A model generated the notes under the pieces. The model did not search any database. It was not told the origin of the DNA and saw nothing but the letters and a program-made list of their open reading frames with translations. Below are positions 42,040 to 56,688 of a DNA stretch of 64,000 nucleotides, one piece after another; position 1 is the stretch's first letter; every line of letters begins with the position of its first letter. This stretch comes from Eledone cirrhosa (lineage: Eukaryota), in NCBI GenBank assembly GCA_964016885.1, contig OZ024743.1:168392001-168456000 (forward strand), in the 5' to 3' direction. The translations under genes were made by a program, and so were the position numbers.

Positions 42040-42910
42040 TGCACAGAGTTGTCAACCAAAACTGGGAATGGCCGGCTGTGGTTGGAGTTCATGTACTTTT
42101 GCATGTCGTTTGAGCCCTCCTGCTGATTTATATTCTCTACCACATGCTTGGCAGGCATGATGAGTAGCATCTCCAACAGCAGCCTGGTAGTCAACCGCTG
42201 ATCTCACTTTATGACTGCGAAGATGACTTTCGAGTCCAGCTTTGCTGAGGCAGAGTCTCGCAGAGACGCTGTATGTCAGCGCCATAGGAGGACTTTCGCT
42301 GTCTGGAAATGCAACAGTAATGCCCTTCCTCACATCCCTCTTTACTTTCTCGTATGCGATTCGAGATGCCTCAAAGGCAACTTTCCGTTCATATACAGAC
42401 TTTCTCCATTTATTACGATCAACAGCAATATTTTCCCATGTATCAGCAGAGATGTTAGCGTCTCTCAAAGAGGCTTTGAACGAATCCTTATACCTCTTTT
42501 TGGGGTTTATGAGGAGGTTGTTTTCCCTTAACTAACCCTCCATAAAAGAGTTGTTTTGGTATTCCAGAATCCTTCATCCTGGCAAGGTGACCACTCCAAC
42601 GGATTCTTTGCTTAAGCGCAAGAGCTTCTATACAGTCACACAGAGAGCTTTCCAAAATCTCGACACCACTAATGTGGTCCCTCCAGTGAACGCCATGGAT
42701 CCGTCATGGGTCAGCCATGGATCCATCTGCGACAGATCTGATGGAAACGCTCCAATTGTTTTAGGTGGTGTCGATATGTGACCCGGGTCTCGCAGGCATA
42801 AAGAACAGAAGAGAGTACACATGCCATGTACACCTTTACCTTTGTCTTCTTGCATATGTCTCGCCGACCCCAGAGTCGCCTTTCTAGCTTTCCGAAAGCA
42901 TCACTTGCTT
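42040..42910 (-). pseudogene. RTE-clade LINE 3' fragment with C-terminal C2H2 zinc fingers
   Basis: ASDAFGKL..RLW...TKVKVY.ACVLS.LYACE; WE..A.DR.KWR; CQACGREYKSAGGLKRHAKVH. Confidence 0.8.
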
Positions 42911-43856
42911 TCATATATACAGACATACTTACGTACATATGTTTTATATCTATATATACATGCATACGTAAAGCATATCCATGCGTAAAGACAAACACTC
43001 ATACATACGCACACACGCACATTCACTGATTCACAGACGATCTGTTAAATGTTATGGCAGAAATCATGAATGTAAATTATAAATAAAAATGTTCTGGAGA
43101 CCAGAATCAAATAATTTTCCTCAAATCATAGAAGTCTTAGAATACATTGGATAATGAGTTCTTGTTTTCTCTGCACATGAAAAAGACACGATGGTTGCAA
43201 CTGGAATGCTATGATCATACGTCTGCTTGAACACAGAGAAACCATGAGCTAACAATACTAACATCAACATCATACGTGCACAGAAAAATGTATATATTTA
43301 TTTTTTCCTTCAAATTTCTTATCTTTTCCTAGATTTCTCATTCTCTTTTACTCATTTTGTCTTTAAGTATCATGTGTTTTTGTTGTTGTTTAACCTCCGA
43401 ATATCCCCGACCAAGCAACTTTATAATAATAAACTACTCTGACGTGTCCAGCTCGTCTGCTTTATATCTGTAATGAAGTTTTCTAATGCTATTTTTTTCT
43501 TAATATCTTTCTTTTTTTGTGGGGTAGTGGGTGGTTGTGGAGTGGTAAATTAGTACGGTGTCAGATTTAGCTGCTACCTCCACCAGGCCGAACCACCATA
43601 TAGCAGATATCGCATTTCGTGTGTTTGTGTGTGTGTGTGTATTTGTACGGTATGTGTGCGTGCGTATGCGTGTATGCTTGTACAGTATGTGTGCGCGTGT
43701 GCTATATGTATGTTTGTTTCCGTTGATTTTGACTTTACTTTATCATATCTATTTACATTTGTATCATGGCCCCTCCTCCCCTCCCCCCTCTCTCGCCACG
43801 TAAATATATTGCTCTCGCTATCTATAAATCTATTTCTATCTATCTATCTATCTGCT

Positions 43857-45858
43857 TGTCGTGGGCAACCTGGTGGGAGATGCGCAGACATGTGCTATCC
43901 CGTCCAGGTCCATCCACGACAACCTCCACCTCATGCGATACATCATAGAGAGGGTTGGGAACGAACCCAGCGTTGGTGGGGCCCTGATTAACTTGGATCA
44001 ATCTAAAGCGTTCGATAGGGTCGACCATGGTTACCTGGATGCGGTGCTAGCGGCGGCAGGCTTCGGACCCGTTTTCAAGGGCTGGATCACTGCCATGCAC
44101 AGCAGCCGCATCTGCTCTAGGGTCAAGGTGAAAGGCTAACTCTCGGAGCCGTTCGAAATCGCGCGGTCTATCCGACAAGGGTGCCCTCTCTCATCCCTTC
44201 TGTATGTAATAACTCTAGAGCCACTGCTGCGGAAGTTGGAGTTGTTGCAGGACATCCCGTTAGAACCGGGATTGCGGAAAGCGGTGTTGGCCTACGCCGA
44301 TGGCGTAACAGTAATGGTGTCGACGGCCTCGGAAATCGGGGCGATCGGCACCTTACTAGAGGAGTACGAAAGGTTTACAGGGGCTAAGCTGAACCGGGAC
44401 AAGCCGATCGGTCTGCAACTCGGCACGTGGAGGGGCAGATCGATGCCCTCCGATGGCGTTGTTGGGCGCTGGACGGAGGGCCCGGTGAAGTTGCTCGGAG
44501 TCTGGTTCGGACCAGACCTCCAGGTGGAGAAGAACTGGGGTGAGGTAACGAACAGGGTGTTTGTACTGACCCAGAAGTGGGCCGAGTGCAAACTATCCCT
44601 GAAAGGTCGGGTGGAGGTGGCGAACACTTATATAGCGTCCGTCATCTACTACCGCATGACCGTCGTGCCTTGCCCAAGGGAAACGCTCGCCAAAATAGAG
44701 CGCGCACTCTTCCAATTCCTTTGGAAGAAGCGGGCTCCTATGGTGAGGAGATCTATCTGCTGTCAACACCCTTCGAAAGGAGGGTTGGGAATGCCGTGGC
44801 TAATGATACGTAAACACGCATTAAGGCTACGGCACCTCCAGGTATTCCTCACCGGTCAACCGGTGTGGGCCCCGTTTGTGAGGCGAGCCTTTCCCAGACT
44901 CGTCTCGCTCACCGACCTGCAATCCTGGGTCAAGCAAGGACCGAGAAAACTGGGCGCCTGGCACACCGTGTGTGCCCAGGCGCTCACGGCTCTCTGGAGA
45001 AACCCTAGGCATGGAGGAAGACGAACTGGCCAACCTGTTCGGTAGGACATTCAGCCCGGGACCCATGGATAACTTCCAGAGGTCCCTGGCCTGGCAGTGC
45101 TACCGAGGGGCTCTGCCCGTTCGAGAAAGGCTCTACAGACACGGGTGCCCGGGTAGGGACCCTTCGAAAAAGATCTGTCCCAGATGCGTGTGCGACGAGG
45201 AAACCGTTACACACGCATTGGTACACTGCTCGGGCATTGCCGATCTGTGGGGCTATGTCGAACAACTGCTGTCAAGGGTGGGACCGATCCGGTTGACCAC
45301 CGAGTCTATTGTAACGACCAAGCCGCCTCCTCTCTTCAAAAACGAAGAAGAGGCGGTGTTTCTGTGCGTAATAGCCATGGCGAAAGAGGTTGTATGGTGG
45401 ACGCGTCTGAAAGGACTGAGGTCAGACACCTTTCTCTCTGGTCAACAACTGGTCCGTTTCTTCCGATATCATTTCGGAAGAAGGATCAGGATGGAGAGAG
45501 AGGTGCTGCACCCCAGCCGTTTTTATGAAAGATTGGTGAAAGTGGCGAGAATGGCCCGTGTGAATGGGCCTTTACTCTACATCAGACTATAGGTGAGGAA
45601 GATGAAAGATCAAGGGAGCACCCCCTCTCTGTGCTCCTGAGGAGAAGGGTTGCACACTTTTTTCGGGGGTGTGTGCGACCCCCCAAGGCGCCTCCTCCCT
45701 ATTGTGGATTTTGTTATTAAATTTATATTTGTTATATTTTATATATTATTTTTTATATCTTGTTATTGCCTCCTCCTTATTGAGGACGCCTTTTTATGTA
45801 AACTCCCCCATTGTACTTGTCCCACTCTTTGATTCCCTGGTGGCAAATAAAAAGAAAG
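43857..45858 (+). mobile_element. 5'-truncated Tx1/L1-clade LINE (RT, CCHC, 3' UTR with AATAAA) inserted in (TATC)n
   Basis: SIHDNL, LDQSKAFDRVDH, RQGCPLS, AYADG, LSLKGR, GGLGMP, CPRC...ETVTHALVHC; GC-rich; flanks ctatctatct. Confidence 0.9.
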
Positions 45859-46966
45859 TTATCTATCTACCTATCTATCTATATATTTAACTATCTATCT
45901 ATACATCTATCCATCTATCTGTGTATCTGTGTATCAATATAACAGTACATGTGCCTATCTCTCTCAGCCCCTCTCCCCCTCTCTCTCCCTCTCTCTCTCT
46001 TTATATATATATATATATATATGTGCGTGTGTGTGCGTGTGGGTTTATGTATATGTGTGAGAGTGGTTCTACGCATGTATTTTTACCATAGCTTTTCAAT
46101 TTATTATTTTGTCTTTTTTCGTATATATCCTAACGTACCTCTTAACAATATCCTCTTCCCCCTTCTCTTACTCTCTCTTTCTGTCATTCTCTGTATATTT
46201 ATTTCAATGCTTTTCTTTTTTTTTCGTTTTGATTTTTTTTTTTTCTCTTAAGAAAAGTGTTTGTCGAACACACTCCCCAACATTCTGTCAGATTTCAGAA
46301 TCAACATAGAAACTGATTAGCTATTCAGCACGCCTACTCCTAATCATCCCTCCTACTGCAATCTGCTAACATTAAACCAATAAGACGCGAATATTATGTG
46401 TATTAAATTATGGTAGGATGGGAAAATGAATAATGCAGATTTAGAAGCAAAAGGAATTTTTCTCCAGTAGACACACATTCTCACTTGTTAGATCATCACT
46501 CCCATACACACGCATACGCACATATATGCTTTGCAATGTGGGCACACACGACACGGGCGCGCACACACACACATACACACAAACATATAGATATATATAT
46601 AATAATTGTTTCATCGGATAGGATCGAATAAATCTTTGATCGTTTTCCCACTCACTCGATCTTTTAATTAAGCTAGTATCCTTAAGATACCAACCTAAAT
46701 GAAAACGGAGTGCACACTAATACTAATAATAGTGATAAGAACAACTTCGTGTGGGTAACGAATTATATACATTAATAATTGTTTCTACTTTTGGCACAAG
46801 GCCAGCAATAATCCAGTGCATTACTGGTACTTTATTTTATCAACCCCGTAAGAATGAAAGGCAAAGTTAACCTCGGCGGGATTTGAACTCAGAATGGCAA
46901 GGACCGTAAATACATTAATAATAATTCTGTTTTCGAAATTAACAAATATGGTTATGCCAAGATCCA

Positions 46967-47029
<63 letters not shown>

Positions 47030-47042
47030 CGTATATATATAT

Positions 47043-47167
<125 letters not shown>

Positions 47168-47208
47168 CGTATATATATATATATACATACATATATATAT
47201 ATATATAT

Positions 47209-47239
<31 letters not shown>

Positions 47240-47393
47240 CATACGTATATATATATATATATACATACGTATATATATATATATATACATACGTATATAT
47301 ATATATACATACGTATATATATATATATATATACATACATATATATATATATATATACATACATATATATATATATATATATAAATATATACA

Positions 47394-47467
<74 letters not shown>

Positions 47468-47510
47468 TATACATCTATATATATATAAATATATACATAT
47501 ATATATATAC

Positions 47511-47541
<31 letters not shown>

Positions 47542-47542
47542 C

Positions 47543-47817
<275 letters not shown>

Positions 47818-47850
47818 AATATATATATATATAAATATATATATATATAA

Positions 47851-47949
<99 letters not shown>

Positions 47950-47972
47950 CATATATTATATATATATACACA

Positions 47973-48017
<45 letters not shown>

Positions 48018-48072
48018 ATACATATATATATATACATATATATATATATATTTATGTGTATACTACTCCTAC

Positions 48073-48108
<36 letters not shown>

Positions 48109-48695
48109 ACTAGCCGAATTACCCGCGCCTTTCTGTGTTTCACACATTTTTTTGTAAGAAAATGATGATTTTAAATCAGTGATATAATTTATGGAGAAAA
48201 AATAAAGGGAAAATCTTTAAAAAGTAGAGGTATTAACTAATAATTTTGGCTGCCATAATTCTAGTGATGTTTTGCCATAGATAAAATGTCTAAATTAGCC
48301 AAATTTTACTATAAAAGAAAGGTGCTTTTTTGGTTGATTTACGATTAATTAATAGAAAAACCCCCTGATAATAGAGGTTCCAATACTCAAGTTATGAACT
48401 TCCAAAATGTTCACTATAGGAGGTTAAAGCCCCATTACGGTGTCTTAATATAATTGAAATTTTTGCTGAAATTTTGTGAATTGGCATTATATCTTGTCAT
48501 TTACTTATGGTTTACATTTCATATAGATCGAAGAGGAAACAATTTCAGCGGGGTTTGTGCCCCCGGGGAATCCTTTGATTAAAATGAAATATAATTATCC
48601 AAGTACCCTGGGCAATGTAGTTTCAGAATATATATGGTTATGGAGGTCTATCTCCAAAACCATATGAACTACAACTTTATATATATGAACTACAC

Positions 48696-48774
<79 letters not shown>

Positions 48775-48775
48775 T

Positions 48776-49625
48776 TCCAAATATTAACAAAATAGATATT
48801 CTTGTGATCAATTATATTTTATTATACATATTTCAGAGGTACTGAATTAAAATTAAGTTCAACAGAACTTTCTTCAGATAAAATAAAATGATACATGACA
48901 TACCCTGACATGGTAGCTGGTTAAGATTTAATCAAGGTAGTGATTAACTTATGAGAAAACTCAATATTTATACCCTAATATTGAGAACATGAGAAAACGT
49001 AATACAATCAATAGAGAGAGTGTGAGTAATATATTTTAAGAAATACATGGCATCAATATAACAGTTATAGAATTTTTAATATTCAGAAAAAACTACTAGA
49101 GAAATAGAAGGGAGAGGAAAGCATAGAGGAAGAAGTAGCTGTTGTTATAACTTATTTAGTATTTAGCTTGAGAAGACAGATGAAAGATGAATAAAGAGAG
49201 AGAGGGACAAAGGAGAGTAATTTATGCTCAAGTTTCTACATACACATATTCATATAAAGTTGGTGGTTAATTTTCAAAATATTTAATTTGTTATTTCAGG
49301 GTAAAGAATCAAATTTTAGGTTTTAAAAGTTGATGGGTATTTGTATTAATTTTATAATATAATTATGTTAAATTTCTAAAATTCAAATTTTATGAAGACA
49401 AATTTAAAGGATTTACGAAACCCGCGAAAGAAAGAAAATATACATATAATGTTCGATATCCGCACAATGGTAATCTTTACCAAAATTACTTATAATATTG
49501 ACAACAGTTTCTGTAATATAATTTGAGATATTTATAGTTATAACTATTAAAGAATTTATTGTTAAATAGTTTGAATGCCTAAAGTATTAACAGGTCTTAT
49601 AATTAAACTTAAAGAGGTCAGAGTT
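48776..49625 (-). mobile_element. Family G PLE 3' UTR/pLTR (tailless) with HHR 48816-48884
   Basis: attttat-CTGAAGA-aagttc...ctct-GAAA-tatgta-TA-ataaaat; reverse similarity to 54600-55180. Confidence 0.7.
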
Positions 49626-49675
49626 TTCAGCTTTATATATGTGTGTATTGATCATAATAAATATATATATATATC

Positions 49676-49740
<65 letters not shown>

Positions 49741-49830
49741 AGAAAGTGAGGTTTTTTTCACAAAATGAAAAATAACCCAGGTGTCTTACACGAGTCTTTT
49801 TTTTATAAAAATATATATATTTATTTGGTT

Positions 49831-49868
49831 CCTTTACCGGTTTCGCAGTTCTTCTGCTTTTCAAAAGT
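49831..49868 (-). ncRNA. HHR motif with U3/A8 core variant
   Basis: ctt-TTGAAAA-gcag[aagaa]ctgc-GAAA-ccgg-TA-aag. Confidence 0.55.
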
Positions 49869-50100
49869 AGAGTTGAGATGGAGGGTCTTGGGTTTTTCTC
49901 ACATATATATATATGTATATATAATTGTTTCTACTTTTGGTACAAGGCCAGCAAATTACCCAGTGCATTACTGGTACTTTATTTTATCGAACCCGTAAGG
50001 ATGAAAGGCAAAGTTAACCTCGGTGGGAATGAACTCAGAATGGCAAGGGCCGTAACTCTATGCGTCAAAGAATGGTGGCCGACCCTCTACCGATACTAAT

Positions 50101-50181
50101 ACCCATTACCAGTACGAACTGAAGATCCGCATAAGGTGAAACAATTGTTACCGGTAGTGTGAACTAACTGTTGTATTACTA

Positions 50182-50184
<3 letters not shown>
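50101..50184 (+). mobile_element. Family H pLTR end with degenerate HHR
   Basis: CTGAAGA-tcc[gcataa]ggt-GAAA-caattg-T; homolog at 52744-52795 (-). Confidence 0.55.
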
Positions 50185-50268
<84 letters not shown>

Positions 50269-50917
50269 TAGTATGGTATAGTATACACACATATAGATAA
50301 ATAATTACAACAGTGACATAAACAGGTATTTCAGTTTCGTTAGGTTTTGGACCCCCAACTCATTCAGCTTGTCATACATATATATTTACATATGTAGGCC
50401 ATCTTATACAAAATCACTGAGTGGTAGACAACTGTAGAAACTTCTTTGCCTCAGGATAAGAATCATGCTTACTACAGTTTCAAAATCCAAAGAATAACAG
50501 ATAGCCCATCGTTAACAATGGATTTAACTTCAAAGGATTTTTCTGAATGATATAAGAAATAAAAAAAATATATATCTGTTAACATGTGTTAATATGTGTT
50601 CATTCTTCATTGAACCTGTATGTTGTAAGAAATTAATCCCGCACTAATGTGTAGATCTATCAACAAGGTAAATATTCGTATATACGGACAAAGTTACGAG
50701 TCCAAAATGCCACTAGAAATAGCAGTCAGTATAGACCGTCTATCAACTCACTATTTGGGGAGCAGTAAATTATACATCAGTAGATTTGTCAGAATATACA
50801 TAACAACTCAATGAAATCGATAAAATAATCTAATTCAGATAACCAAATACAAAATCCCTAAGCGATAGATTACTGTAGAAGCAACTTTACCTAGGGATAA
50901 CAAATTAACTTTGCAGG

Positions 50918-50964
<47 letters not shown>

Positions 50965-51110
50965 AAAGAAAACACACTAGAGAGAGTGTATCAAGTTACA
51001 GGGAATGTCACTAGCATATGGAACCTATAAACTATGACAGGTGAGGCCTATACATTATAATTAAAAATATAAATTAGAATGATGAAACCCACCTTTATAA
51101 CTATATATCA

Positions 51111-51189
51111 CACACGTACAACCTCGGAGAGATTGTTTTGCCAGAAAATTAGTGTTTGCATTGAACTCACCCAGGTTCACCAGCGTGTG
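51111..51189 (-). ncRNA. Degenerate HHR (core mutations)
   Basis: cacacg-CTGGTGA...AAAA-caatctc[tcc]gaggttg-TA-cgtgtg; helices I and III perfect. Confidence 0.5.
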
Positions 51190-52705
51190 GTAAGTAAATA
51201 CATTCCAAACGATTCTAGGAGAACTTAAAGTAACTGTCTTGCAACACGTGGGAGACAGAAGGAAATACGTGTATGAGACAGTAGACCAGTGGCTTGGGTA
51301 GGATGAACGCTAGAAATGGCAGCCCCAAACCACTCAACAAAACAGAGAGAGAGAGAAACTCGTTGTTAGGAGCAATATATTAAAATGCAGTAACGGAGTC
51401 AGAAACTTGTAATTCATGAGCGCAAAGGAAAAAGAATCCCGGGTTCTTCAAATATAAAATAGAGAAGAAAACACTAGTAACTCTATTACTGCATTTTGAT
51501 ATATGTATATATATACAAGGAAAATGTTTAACCCCGACGGCTTGAGCTCTGCCGTCGGATTTAAACATTTTCCTATTACCCACTCTACTACCCTAAGTAT
51601 TGAGTACTCTGGTATATAACGAAGGAGGTGTGGTAAGGAACCAGATGGGCCATAACACATATAAATGTAAAAATGTAAATATATATATACGTATATATAT
51701 ATATGTGTGTGTGTGCGCGCGTGTGTTTTTAAATTGAAGAAACCAAGGTTAGAGATAGAATTTATATCCTGTAGTTCTGTGTCCTTTGTTAGTATTTTTA
51801 TTTTTTAAATACGAGTATGCAATAACATAAAGTCGTATTAGTTTCACGTTTAGAGTAAGAAGAGTGACTTACATAGTGAAAGTATCAGGCATTTTCCATT
51901 CATCAGGAAATACACAAAAAGAAAAGCGTAAAAAAAAAAGAAAAAATATAAAGGAGAAGGGGAGTAGGGGGGAGTGGTGGGTGGAGGAAAGGTCCTGCGG
52001 ACTTGTGAAGGGTGCGGAGGTGTAGTTGGAGGTTGTGTGTTGCTGGTGTGCATATTATGATACGTGTCAGCGCGTGTGGGTGTTAAGTGTGTTGTAGGTG
52101 TGTGTGTGAAGTGTGAATGTGCGTGCACATATGTACACATATGTACACGCGCATGCTCACGCATGAATATACACACAAACACGCGCACATACCTGTGCGC
52201 GTATGCATGTTTGTCAGAGATGTGTGTTTATTGGTATGTATTGTGGTTGCACGTGTTGCTGCATGCGCGCGCGCGCGTGTATGTTTACAGAAAGGGTGGG
52301 TGGGTTTTCGTATCTAGTACGGTCAGAGATGGGTTTTTGATTCCAGGCTGGTAAGTCTTAAGTAGGAAATGGCCCTATGTAGAGAGGAAGAAAAATGAAG
52401 TGTGGGTAGTTACAGAGCGTGTGTGAGTGTGTGCATGTGGGAGATGGTGGCGGGATAATCCTAAGGGAGAATAAGAGCGTGGGGGTGTTTGTTATATTCA
52501 GCGATCAGATAGTGTATAGGGGACGGAGATTGAAGGAGTTGGTTGTGAGTGAGGGAGTGAAGTGAATCGGTGCGACACAGTGGCGTCGTCAGGACGAATG
52601 GTACGCATGTGTATCGGTGGCGGTATGTATGTGTGTGTGTTTGTGTGCGAGCGTGCACGGATGCACAAGCACACACATACACACACACATACACATACAC
52701 ACAGA

Positions 52706-52745
<40 letters not shown>

Positions 52746-52928
52746 TGGTTACACAACAGTTAGTTTACCTTAGCGGATCCTCAGCTCGTAATGGGCATGC
52801 GAAGAAACCCGTCACTTCACACAGGCAATACTAAAATGCGTGCGAGAGGTGCAAGGGAGATAACTGCGAAAGTCCGAAATGTTTTTAGTTAATAAGAAAA
52901 AATATTGATGTTAGTTACAATAATTCAT

Positions 52929-53260
52929 TCAATCCGGAGCCTTGTAGTTATGCAATAGGTGTTTCGAGACGTGTGGACAACGTGTGAAAAATGCATTTCT
53001 CGTGTTAAGGCAATCACTATTGCACAATCCCTTTAGAATATTTATTCGTTCGTCAATACACAGTCCACACGACGGATTTCCCCTTGCGTATGACTTGGAC
53101 TTAGTGATGGCTTTCCATTGAATGGAGTAGTCTATACTTGAGTCCTTGAGGGACCATACGTGGCTCGCAAGTTTCGTGGATGAACGTCTGTCCGGGTACC
53201 TAAAGGTCGACTGATGGTTCAAGAAACGTTTCTTAAATCGTCCCTTCGCCATGCCCACAT
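52929..53260 (-). pseudogene. GIY-YIG endonuclease C-terminal part (PLE second lineage, family H)
   Basis: VGMAKGRFKKRFLNH..F...T.LASHVWSLK...W...CGLCIDE...LNTR...CPH. Confidence 0.85.
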
Positions 53261-53309
53261 GGATTTGACCTCCTGTGGTTGGTTTGGTCGGTTGGAAGTG
53301 ACCACACCC

Positions 53310-55283
53310 AATGCAAAATAATTGTCTAGATAGTAATTTGGTTTACAAATGCACCGTAAAAACTGATCACAACACATACAACTAGATAGGATCGACTTCT
53401 TCGACATTTAAAGCCAGATTTGCGAATCATAAATGCTCATTCTCGAATTCAAAGAGGAAATCATCTACGTCTTTATCACAGCTCATATGGTCATTAAAAG
53501 AGAAGAATTTAAAATACTCCATTCTTTGGACAAAACTCTGTACAATGGAGACCCTGTTGATTATTAATAACTACGAGACCCTAATTAACAAAAGAAGTGA
53601 ATTATTCTCTAGTTGCCTCCATAAAGCTACATCCACATTCTTAGCCTCCCACGAAACGAGAGAAAATAAAAAAGAGAGAGAAACATTAAACCATTAAAAA
53701 CTTGGTTGTCAGACGTATAAAATCAACAGAGAAAAACTTTAGTGGCCTTTAATATTGCACTATCTTATAACTATCTATAGAAGAAATAACGCTCGAATGA
53801 AAGACACTTGTTCAATAACATGCCGGAACATTGATACACATAACATTATTCTGTTAACTTTGATCCATACCATTATTTCTTTATTTCTCTATCATTATCT
53901 TCCTATTTAAGTTTTAAATCTGAGTTTTATATCCAACCCTGACATATTTTCTGAACTTATTTATAACTGTGAATTTTTCATGCGTTTCTGATCTCTTATT
54001 TATAATATGTATGTAATTATATTTTCTATGTTTTTAAATATACCTACCGCATTCTTATATCCATGATTCAAATATAGAGCAAATATCCAAATTACAAATT
54101 ATTATAAACATTATTTTGAACTATGAATTATCCATGCATTTATTATTGTTTTTCTTATATATATATATGTATTTAACTTTAACACGTAGCACTTTATTAT
54201 ATAAAATTATAACCGTTATCATTTACCTAAAGTATACTGTATCACTAATACCTAATATAAGATATATCCATATATAACTCCCTATATCTTTCTATACATA
54301 ATTTTCAGTTAACTTCTAAATTTTTTGATTGTTTTTACTTTGAGCTAGGAATAATTAATACATTTACACACGGTGATATATGGGTATATATTTAACTTTA
54401 ACATGCCTAAATCTATTATTTTATTTTTATTTCATTATCATTTACCTAAAATATACTGGCACATTAATTAATATATATATGTATACATAACCGTCATTTA
54501 AATATTTCTAACAATAAGTACTTCAAAAGCTTTACATACCTAATACGTTGACAATGATTAACTTCATTAAAGATTACATTTAGGAAAATATTCAACAGTG
54601 TAAACTTTCCTTATTAATGGCCAGCTAAATCTTTTAAATGTTATACTCAAAAAATTCAGAAGCTTAGAAATGTTAACACACTTATAAAATTTACAAAACT
54701 AATATATAAATAACCACCAATTAAAAAAAACAACTAAAATCATGATTCTTCACCCTAAGATAACATAAATTAAATATTTTCAAACTTAACCGTTTAACTT
54801 TCGGAAAAAAATCTCCTTCTGCATACATTACCCCCCTCATCTTTCCCTCTCTGACTGTTATAATTCATGAAATGCTTTCCTAGATAAATTGTAGTATCAT
54901 ACATATTAAAATCTCGATAACTGGTACATTAAGCAACGTTTTTCTTACTCACACATTCTCTATTGAATTTATTACGTTTTCGCATTTTCTCATTATTAGG
55001 GTATAAATGTTAAATTTTCTCTTAGGTTAATCACTCCCTTGATTAAATCTTAACCATTTAACACCTCAGGGTATGTCATGTATCATTATATTTTGTCTGA
55101 TGAGGACGTACTGTTGTACATCCGAAATATGTATAATAAAATGTAATTGATCAAAAGAACATCTATTTTATTAATATTTATATTCTAATATTAATAACTC
55201 TGGAAAATTATTTTTCGTAGAGTGCTTCCAATCTACTGTAAAACTCATTCTTTGATATACTCATTGAATTTTGTTTAACTCTT

Positions 55284-55287
<4 letters not shown>
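53310..55287 (+). mobile_element. Family G PLE remnant: GIY-YIG (53310-53660), AT-rich 3' UTR, pLTR with HHR 55088-55142 and tail
   Basis: NNCLDSNLVYKC...IGSTSSTFKARFANHKCSF...LIWSLK; attttgt-CTGATGA-ggacgtac[tgtt]gtacatcc-GAAA-tatgta-TA-ataaaat. Confidence 0.8.
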
Positions 55288-55319
<32 letters not shown>

Positions 55320-55324
<5 letters not shown>

Positions 55325-56017
55325 TAAATTTAGTCCTTCATCAGTGATCTGCCAACCTTCATTGGTATTTCATCGCTTTAAAGACCATATACCTCCGGTT
55401 GGTATGAGCAACGGCTGAAGAAAATCGTTGGGACACGTAAATAAGGGGAACGAGCGAGACTGTAAACAATCAAAGATGGTAATGCAACGAAAAGTGAGGA
55501 AGAAGGAGTCAAGTCCCTGAAATCGGTGAACATCAGTCCTGTGAAATCGTAGACGAGACAGAATAAAGAACAACCGACCTGGTCAAAGTGTGCGTGAGGA
55601 AAGAATTTCGCACAGGTCAAACGGGAGGAAGTAGGAGAGGGGATAGCAGAGAGTGAGTGAGTGAAAGGTGAGGAAGAGGCTAACAGAGAGAGTGACTGTT
55701 AGAGGGGGTAAAGGGAAGTGAGAGATACAGAGAAAAGAGGAAGCAGTAAGAAAGAAACAGATGGGTAACAGCGGAGGGAAATATATATGTGAAAATGAAA
55801 ACATGGCGTGCTGCGTGTTTGCAAATGGGTTACATATGAATAAATTTAGTCCTTCATCAGTGATCTGCCAACCTTCATTGGTATTTCATCGCTTTAAAGA
55901 CCATATACCTCCGGTTGGTGCGAGCAACCGCTAAAGAAAGTCGTTGGGACAAGTAAATAAGGGGAACGAGCGAGACTGTAAACAATCAAAGATGGTAATG
56001 CAACGAAAAGTGAGGAA
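55320..56017. repeat. Direct repeat of ~180 bp (55320-55500 and 55837-56017)
   Basis: Near-identical copies starting tgaataaatttagtccttcatcag. Confidence 0.85.
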
Positions 56018-56547
56018 ATATATATATATATGAGTGTTTAAGTTTCTTGAAGAATTGTGGAATACGGAAAATGGCCGTTTTGGAAGCCTCTACAATGCAG
56101 ATGGATAAGTCTCCGGATAACAAAATCAGGTGGCAGTGGAAAGAAAGAGGGTAAGGAGGAAGAGAAATGTAGAAAGAACGGTAGAAAGCAAAACGAAAAT
56201 GGAGATGGAGAGATGGAGTTACCTTGGAATAGATTGGGAAAAGATTTATTCGTCCCTATATTTCTGATTTCACAGCCATCGTCGGGGGACAGGGTTTTCA
56301 GACAAATCTACTTCCCTTCGAAACCCATACTCCAGCAGCTGGCCAGCTGGCCATTGCTAAATCTGACCTTTATAAAATAACCCACACCCCCAAATAACTT
56401 CTCATTCACTACCAGAAAGGCACGCAGCAGTCAACTTGTTGCTACCAAGATGAAAACTACTATGAAATCCCACAATGAATTTTATACTTGAATTTTCAAA
56501 TCTCAAATTTTAACTCTTCGTATTATTAATTTTTCTTAATATTAATC

Positions 56548-56595
56548 AACATTTGAAAAGATGGCTTTTGCAGACCCATCGAAACCGGTCATTTT
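56548..56595 (+). ncRNA. HHR motif with U3/A8 core variant
   Basis: aacat-TTGAAAA-gatgg...ccatc-GAAA-ccgg-TC-atttt; helix I weak. Confidence 0.5.
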
Positions 56596-56632
56596 TTATA
56601 CCCTTTATTATTTCCTTACCTTATAAAATTAT

Positions 56633-56688
<56 letters not shown>

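Noticed and set aside
55321-55350. HHR at the minus-strand CTGATGA in the direct repeat
   Set aside because: No closing helix II or GAAA found; truncated by (TA)n
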